A stretch of 64,000 nucleotides of DNA from an uncultured Rivularia sp. (lineage in GTDB: Bacteria > Cyanobacteriota > Cyanobacteriia > Cyanobacteriales > Nostocaceae), in assembly GCA_963665115.1 (NCBI GenBank), contig OY762007.1, forward strand, positions 1,600,001-1,664,000, given 5' to 3'. The number at the start of each line of letters is the position of its first letter. Within the stretch, counting starts at the first letter, position 1. The notes below the pieces were generated by a model that saw nothing but the letters and a program-made list of their open reading frames with translations, searched no databases and had not been told where the DNA came from. This document shows positions 58,734 to 64,000 of the stretch, one piece after another. Both the position numbers and the translations under genes were made by a program.

Positions 58734-58952
58734 TTAAGTATTGTCAACAATCAAACTTAATTGCGGGCGTTTATTCAATTCGCGTGCAACAGCAATTCCT
58801 GTACCACCAACAACTATTCCGGTTAAGAGCAATAATGGATTCAGGGCAAGGGTTGCACCTATTCCCATCAATTGACCGACCATTCCAGAAACGCCCAAGT
58901 TCATTAATAATCCACCTGCGGTATTAACTAAAAAGTCAAATGCTGCTTTCAT
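58734..58952 (-). CDS. Small Gly-rich hydrophobic protein
   Basis: 72 aa, GxxxG-rich TM segments. Confidence 0.6.
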   Translation of the reverse strand: MKAAFDFLVNTAGGLLMNLGVSGMVGQLMGIGATLALNPLLLLTGIVVGGTGIAVARELNKRPQLSLIVDNT

Positions 58953-59199
58953 TTTTATTACTCTTCCAAATTACAATTAGTGCCAAAATTAACCCAATTA
59001 TTTCGCCAATCCCCACTCCAATCAAAATAGGTTGAATGCTGTTAATTTCTTGCCTTTCTTGAGTTGGGGGAACTGCTACCCATGTTCCAACAACTGTTCC
59101 AGTTAAAACACTGAGAAAGTTTATACCAACTGCAACCGTTGCATTATTCCGCATTTGCAATAAACTTTCATCACGAAACTGGTAACAAATAGGTAGCAT
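58936..59199 (-). CDS. Small two-TM protein
   Basis: Two hydrophobic segments, overlaps the next gene. Confidence 0.6.
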   Translation of the reverse strand: MLPICYQFRDESLLQMRNNATVAVGINFLSVLTGTVVGTWVAVPPTQERQEINSIQPILIGVGIGEIIGLILALIVIWKSNKNESSI

Positions 59200-59207
59200 T
59201 TGATTAA

Positions 59208-59840
59208 CTATTTCTTCGGAGATTGCTTTATTTTCTGCTGCGAGGACTTCAACTGTTTCTGCTGCGGTGTTGATGTATTCAGCAGTAGGGGATGTGCTTC
59301 CTCCCCCCAGTTGACTTTGCCGAAAAAATCATTATCAATGCGCGAGTTAATCCGCTCCTGAGCTTGGTCAAATTCATTTAAATTATCTCCAGTTCCACTA
59401 AATATAAATTCCTCTAAAGCAAGAGTAGAAGATTCCAGTACTACTCGATGACGTAATTGCCCCAACTGAATGCCTCTATCCGTATCCCCGTAAAGCATTC
59501 CTACGAAACTGTCTCCAGGAGCTTGTTCTGGATCTACACCAAATCTTTGTTTGATGTATTCACGCTTGTTGAATTTGCGATCGCCGAAGGCGGCTCCTAA
59601 AGGAGCATCGCCTAATTCTTCGGAACTATTACGCATCTCAATCAAATGCCGAGCAGCCTCTTCAAGAGACATATTTTCTTTATTTGCAGCAGCTTTTAGA
59701 TTAGATAGTTGAGATTCGACCTGTTCGCTAACAGTATTACCGCTAATTTCCAAATCCAATAATTGGCAAATATTTCGCACAACTTCAGGTGACACTTGTA
59801 GCTGTTGTGCTAGCTGATTGATATGCTTCATTACGCTCAA
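59208..59840 (-). CDS. Hypothetical protein with N-terminal HTH-like segment
   Basis: INQLAQQLQVSPEVV; carries a 27-bp in-frame mini-insertion. Confidence 0.65.
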   Translation of the reverse strand: MSVMKHINQLAQQLQVSPEVVRNICQLLDLEISGNTVSEQVESQLSNLKAAANKENMSLEEAARHLIEMRNSSEELGDAPLGAAFGDRKFNKREYIKQRFGVDPEQAPGDSFVGMLYGDTDRGIQLGQLRHRVVLESSTLALEEFIFSGTGDNLNEFDQAQERINSRIDNDFFGKVNWGEEAHPLLLNTSTPQQKQLKSSQQKIKQSPKK

Positions 59841-60189
59841 TTATCCTAATTACTGTTTGTACTATTGGGTTATTTTTTTCTGCTTCAGATATGTGCTTGG
59901 TCAAAAAATCATACAGAGTCATCTTGTTAACAAGACGTAAATAAGAATCTAATCCACCAGCAGGAATTACCTGCTCTAAATATTCTTCAAAGGTTAATCT
60001 TCTAATCCTAATAGCAACATAAAAAATATCAGCTACTTCAACTGCTGCTGCATCAAAATATCCTCCGCGCTTCTTAGGTTTCACGATTCCCGCGTATGGG
60101 AACCACTGCTGTAAGGCTGCAATTGAAATTCCATATCTTTGAGAAAGTGTCTTCTGCGTGTAGATAACGTTTTCATATACCATACCCAC
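59785..60189 (-). CDS. MerR/excisionase-like HTH protein
   Basis: YTQKTLSQRYGISIAALQQW. Confidence 0.6.
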   Translation of the reverse strand: MGMVYENVIYTQKTLSQRYGISIAALQQWFPYAGIVKPKKRGGYFDAAAVEVADIFYVAIRIRRLTFEEYLEQVIPAGGLDSYLRLVNKMTLYDFLTKHISEAEKNNPIVQTVIRIIERNEAYQSASTTATSVT

Positions 60190-60937
60190 TCAATTCCAAC
60201 GTTGAGGTGATTGTCTGTAGGGAAAAAGGCAAACTTAAGTATCACAACAACATTTGTTAAATATTTTTTATTTAACGAATCCAGCTACTTTAATTCAGGT
60301 TCAACTGGACTTAAGCTTAGTTAAATTTATGCCTAATTCAGCAAACAATTGTTAGGTTACATATTGTATATTGGCAATGCAAGCAGGTTTAGATATATGA
60401 AGTAAAAAAAATAAAATATGTTTGATAGTGTCAAAATACGCTTTAGTAGAAAAATATGCTCAAAATAAAAAGAATGATATTGAAATTTTCTATCTAAATC
60501 TATAATTGGCATTATTCAATCTAGAACATTATGCAGAAGAAATCGCATCTTGTGGGCGGACTTTCAACTAATCCAAAAATTTGATTCAGCATGATGCAGC
60601 TGCGGTGATTGCTACAAATTATCCAATTGGGGATCTGTTCGCAGCAGCTTTTACGAAGGTGTATTATCAATTCTTTCTGCTCGGGATGGTGTTGGAGGAC
60701 GAAGTAAGTGGGGAAAATGGTTAAAATTATGATTACTGGGGAGGCATTACGGGCGAGGAGGGGAGCAACGCGATTTTGTGAACATGGGTTTAGATTCTCA
60801 ACAATATAGCTAAATTATCTAATTTTATTGATAATTTAGCTGCGATCGCACTTTGAAATAGTCTATTTTCGTTCCAAATTTTAGTAACCCACTTTTTCGC
60901 GTTGCCCCCGGCGAGGAGATGGTTTTTTTTAAGGAGT

Positions 60938-61345
60938 TTGACATACTCCCAAGGATTCTATCCATGGGATTCTGGGTTCAAACAGAGATTGCAGTCTCAG
61001 ACTGTCTTACATCTCCTAGCCCAATGGTTGATGCCCCAACCATTTGAATATTACGAGCAGCGTTTTCGTCTCTTCCGTTAACTACTTGGCAAGAAGGACA
61101 ACGCCATTCTCTGGTTGATAATTCGAGCTTTTCTAGGACGTGACCACAGTTAGAGCAAGTCTTGCTCGATGGATACCATTGGTCTATAAAAACTAGCTGC
61201 TTATCTTTTTTCTTGGCAACCCATTCCAAGATTTCTAGAAATTCGCCAAAAGCTAAGTCAGATATCTTCTTGCCCCAAAGGCGTTGCATACCTTTAAGAT
61301 TAAGTGTCTCGAAGCAAAGCACATCAAATTTATCGGTTAAGTGCA
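60938..61345 (-). mobile_element. tnpB: IS200/IS605 tnpB 3' remnant with right end
   Basis: CFETL, YPSSKTCSNCG, CPSC..NGRDENAARNI; right end gaatcccatgg...ttgggagtatgtcaa. Confidence 0.85.
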
Positions 61346-61969
61346 GATAAATCTGCTGTTCGCAAATCCCCCCAGGAATGTGGTGGGCTTTGCTTATAAT
61401 TCTGTAAGAGCAGCACTTTTAAATATCTGATGAAGGAATTAGATATCTAGGGAATTTATTTGGAACTATGATTTTTGCGATTTGAGCAATTTAAGCTATC
61501 GCACTCGATAAACCTACCAAACTTTGTGCAAAATTTTCTCTTAACTTTGGCGATCGCAATAATCACCAAACAAGCATCAAGAATCGGAATCACTAAATAA
61601 TGCAGTTAAATCTCGATAACCGCTAATCACTCGAAAAATTTCAACATTTTGCCCTATCGGCATGTAAAGTATGAGGTAACTATCTACGGATAGACTACGG
61701 ATACCAGGTAATATTTCATCTCGTTGTGAAGGCATTAAAACGGAATAAATAGTAATTTACCCGAAATAACACTTTTGTTAAGAATCTCTGAGGATTCGGC
61801 TCATCTGTAGTTATGGGAGTCATAGACTCAACTACTTTGATTGCTACTCAACAGAAACTTGCCGGACGCTTCACACGCCCTGTATACTCAGATGAAGGTG
61901 CCAACCTTCGTTACAAGCCTGAATACACACCTAGTCCCTCACGGGTCTAGGCTTAGATTTTTATGCTGT

Positions 61970-62657
61970 TTATGATACGAATACAGCATCTTCTTTATAT
62001 CTTAGGACAGCTTTAAGCCCAATGTTTCTTGCGGCGTTGACTCCGGAATGGGCGGTGTATCCAGATGGGGACTTTACCCATGTTGCGCCGGGGTTATATT
62101 CAATGTTTTGTTCGGTTACGGTTTGAGGAATGTAATTTTGTCTACTTACATTGTTCCCCCACAGGTCAAGCTTAGAAGTATTGCGAGGATTAACGCGAGT
62201 GGTCAGAATGGAGTAATCGTTATAAGCTCCTATTTTGACGTTTTGATAAATCTTATCTTTAAGCCAATAAGAACGTTTTTGTTTGGAACGTTTGGAATAC
62301 TTGCCTTTTTTGGGGCGCAGATTTTTTAAATGCTCGAACGAAATAATTGCACAACCATACCCCTTGGCATAATTGATTATTTCCCGAGCAACTTGATAAC
62401 CCATGTCTTTTTCTCGGTTACGAATTTTCTCCCACTTTTTAAAACAATAACCTTTGTGGATAATCGCTGTTTTGTTCATTTTGACAGCTATCTTTCCTAA
62501 ATCCCTCATCAATCAGATTTAATCCGTTCGGAGCTTTTATGAATCGTCTGGCGCACTCTCGTACTTGGTTATCTTCGATTTCTAGGACAGATAGTATTGC
62601 CGCATGATTATCTAAATCGATATCCACACCTAAAACACGAACAACATCTTTACTTAT
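61970..62657 (-). pseudogene. TnpB/Cas12f-like RuvC protein, 3' part, interrupted by another IS
   Basis: VLGVDIDL (RuvC-I), ISFEHL (RuvC-II), VNPRNTS, HSGVNAARNIG; frameshift near 62510. Confidence 0.75.
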
Positions 62658-62727
62658 TTGACAAGAAATTCCAAGAGAACGCAAGCCCAGAGTTTTTAAA
62701 CCTGGGTTAGTTCGATGTGAAGCGAAT

Positions 62728-62922
62728 TTATTCGCCGTCTCCCCTTTCCGCGAGCGCTTCAATAAACTCCCTAACTTCACCTTGCCAGTTAGGAACATTT
62801 TTCAACTTTTCTTTTACTTTTGGGGTCAATCTAATAGCTATTTGTGCTGTCAATGGTTGTTTTCTGTTGGTAGTGAAGCCTTCTTTATGCCCTTTCGCAA
62901 AATGTCCTTTAGAACTTCTCAT
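62728..62922 (-). CDS. Small RHH-like protein divergent from tnpB
   Basis: QIAIRLTPKVKEKL..VPNWQGEVREFI. Confidence 0.55.
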   Translation of the reverse strand: MRSSKGHFAKGHKEGFTTNRKQPLTAQIAIRLTPKVKEKLKNVPNWQGEVREFIEALAERGDGE

Positions 62923-62989
62923 AAACCTGTTGACGATATGGTAACTAATGGCTATACTGTTTGTAGCACTATTTGAGAGGTCGAGTCAA

Positions 62990-64000
62990 ATGGCACGAGC
63001 AAAAACCCCGTCATTTATTACCGAGATACCGTTAAAGGTAGACAGCAAGCAAGAAAAAGAATTGCTAGCACGATTTCAAGCCGCCAGACAGCTATACAAT
63101 GCTTGTTTAGGCGAAGCTCTAATCCGGTTAGAGCTAGTACGGCATTCCGATCCATACAGGCGAGCAAAAAAGCTCAAGGGGGCTAGCAAAAAGGAGCGTC
63201 AAGAGCTATTCAACGAGGCGAGAGAACAATATAGATTCAATGAGTATGGGTTATGTTATGCAGCAACTCGGACAGCAAATGATAGTAAGTGGATAGCTAG
63301 TAAGTTAGGCGCTCACGAAAAGCAAACAATAGGTAAAGTCTTGCGGGGGAATCCTCCCCCGCAGAGCTTTACGTAAAAGGGCATTCAATGCTGTAGAGAA
63401 GATGTTGTTTGGGAGAGCTAAAAAAGTACGATTCAAAGTTGCGACGCGCTTTAAATCCGTTGAAGGTAAGTCAAACGCTACGGGGATAAGGTTTATCAAT
63501 AACCAGGTTCTATGGAAGAAATTAGCGTTAAATCCGATTATTGACTGGAGTAATCCGGTAATAGTTCACGGATTAAATTCACCTGTTAAGTATTGTCGTA
63601 TCTTATGGCGTAACCTTAACGGCAAAAGGCGTTGGTTTATCCAATTAATTCAGAGCGGTTTGCCGTATCAAAAACCGACTAACTACGTAACACAAGGGAT
63701 AGTTGGATTAGATATTAACATCTCTGATGTTGCGTTTGTTGCTGATAATAAAGCTGGATTACTACCGTTTGCAGAGAACGTTTCAACTTTTGAACGCGAG
63801 ATAAAATCGCTTCAAAAAAAGATGCAGCGCTCTCTAAAAACGCATAATCCAGATAATTTTGAACCCGACTTTGATAAAAATGTTGGGAACAAAATCGTTC
63901 GCAAGAAAGGTAAAGTCAAGAAAGGTAAAAAGCAATGGATAAAGACGAGAAATTATCGTCGAATTCAAGCTAAAAAATCTGAATTAGAACGTCGTAAATC
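62990..64000 (+). pseudogene. tnpB: TnpB RNA-guided endonuclease, frameshifted by a 40-bp insertion, partial
   Basis: TPSFITEIPL, ARQLYNACL, VGLDINI RuvC-I motif. Confidence 0.85.

Larger units (their letters stand above)
62662..64000 (+). mobile_element. TnpA-less IS605-group element (continues past window end)
   Basis: TTGA|CAAGAAA left end and cccag..ctggg hairpin at 62686-62706. Confidence 0.7.

Noticed and set aside
60520..60720. Possible CHAT-like coding remnant
   Set aside because: Short, broken and without diagnostic motifs
61970..64000. Type V CRISPR effector locus
   Set aside because: No array; IS605-type ends and fragmentation point to TnpB elements

Overview
AT-rich DNA from a filamentous cyanobacterium, probably Nostocales-like (many HIP1 GCGATCGC octamers, STRR heptamer repeats, Uma2, XisH/XisI, DUF1822 and CHAT genes). 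Bases 1-20 kb are chromosome-like: TPR-CHAT, DUF1822 pair, AbiE-type TA, IS66-like transposase, SNF2 helicase, HigBA, XisHI. From about 20 kb the window is a decayed mosaic of integrative elements: two identical tRNA-Cys 3'-half att cores in inverted orientation, each next to a truncated tyrosine integrase; IS5, ISL3, IS4, IS607, IS1634 and TnpB elements; and a phage/ICE-like Rep-DnaB module. The best candidate for a new system is an intact, tightly coupled four-gene operon at 43781-48618: a Cas4/RecB-like Fe-S nuclease, a long prokaryotic Argonaute with an intact DEDD tetrad, a 145-aa helical protein and an M48-like HExxH metallopeptidase. It is wedged into the remains of a restriction-modification locus. 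An FtsK plus cell-wall-hydrolase cluster (possible DNA-transfer module) follows. Many genes carry tiny palindromic insertions. Many frameshifts lie in homopolymers and may be sequencing errors. All calls come from motif reading by eye; no database searches were run.
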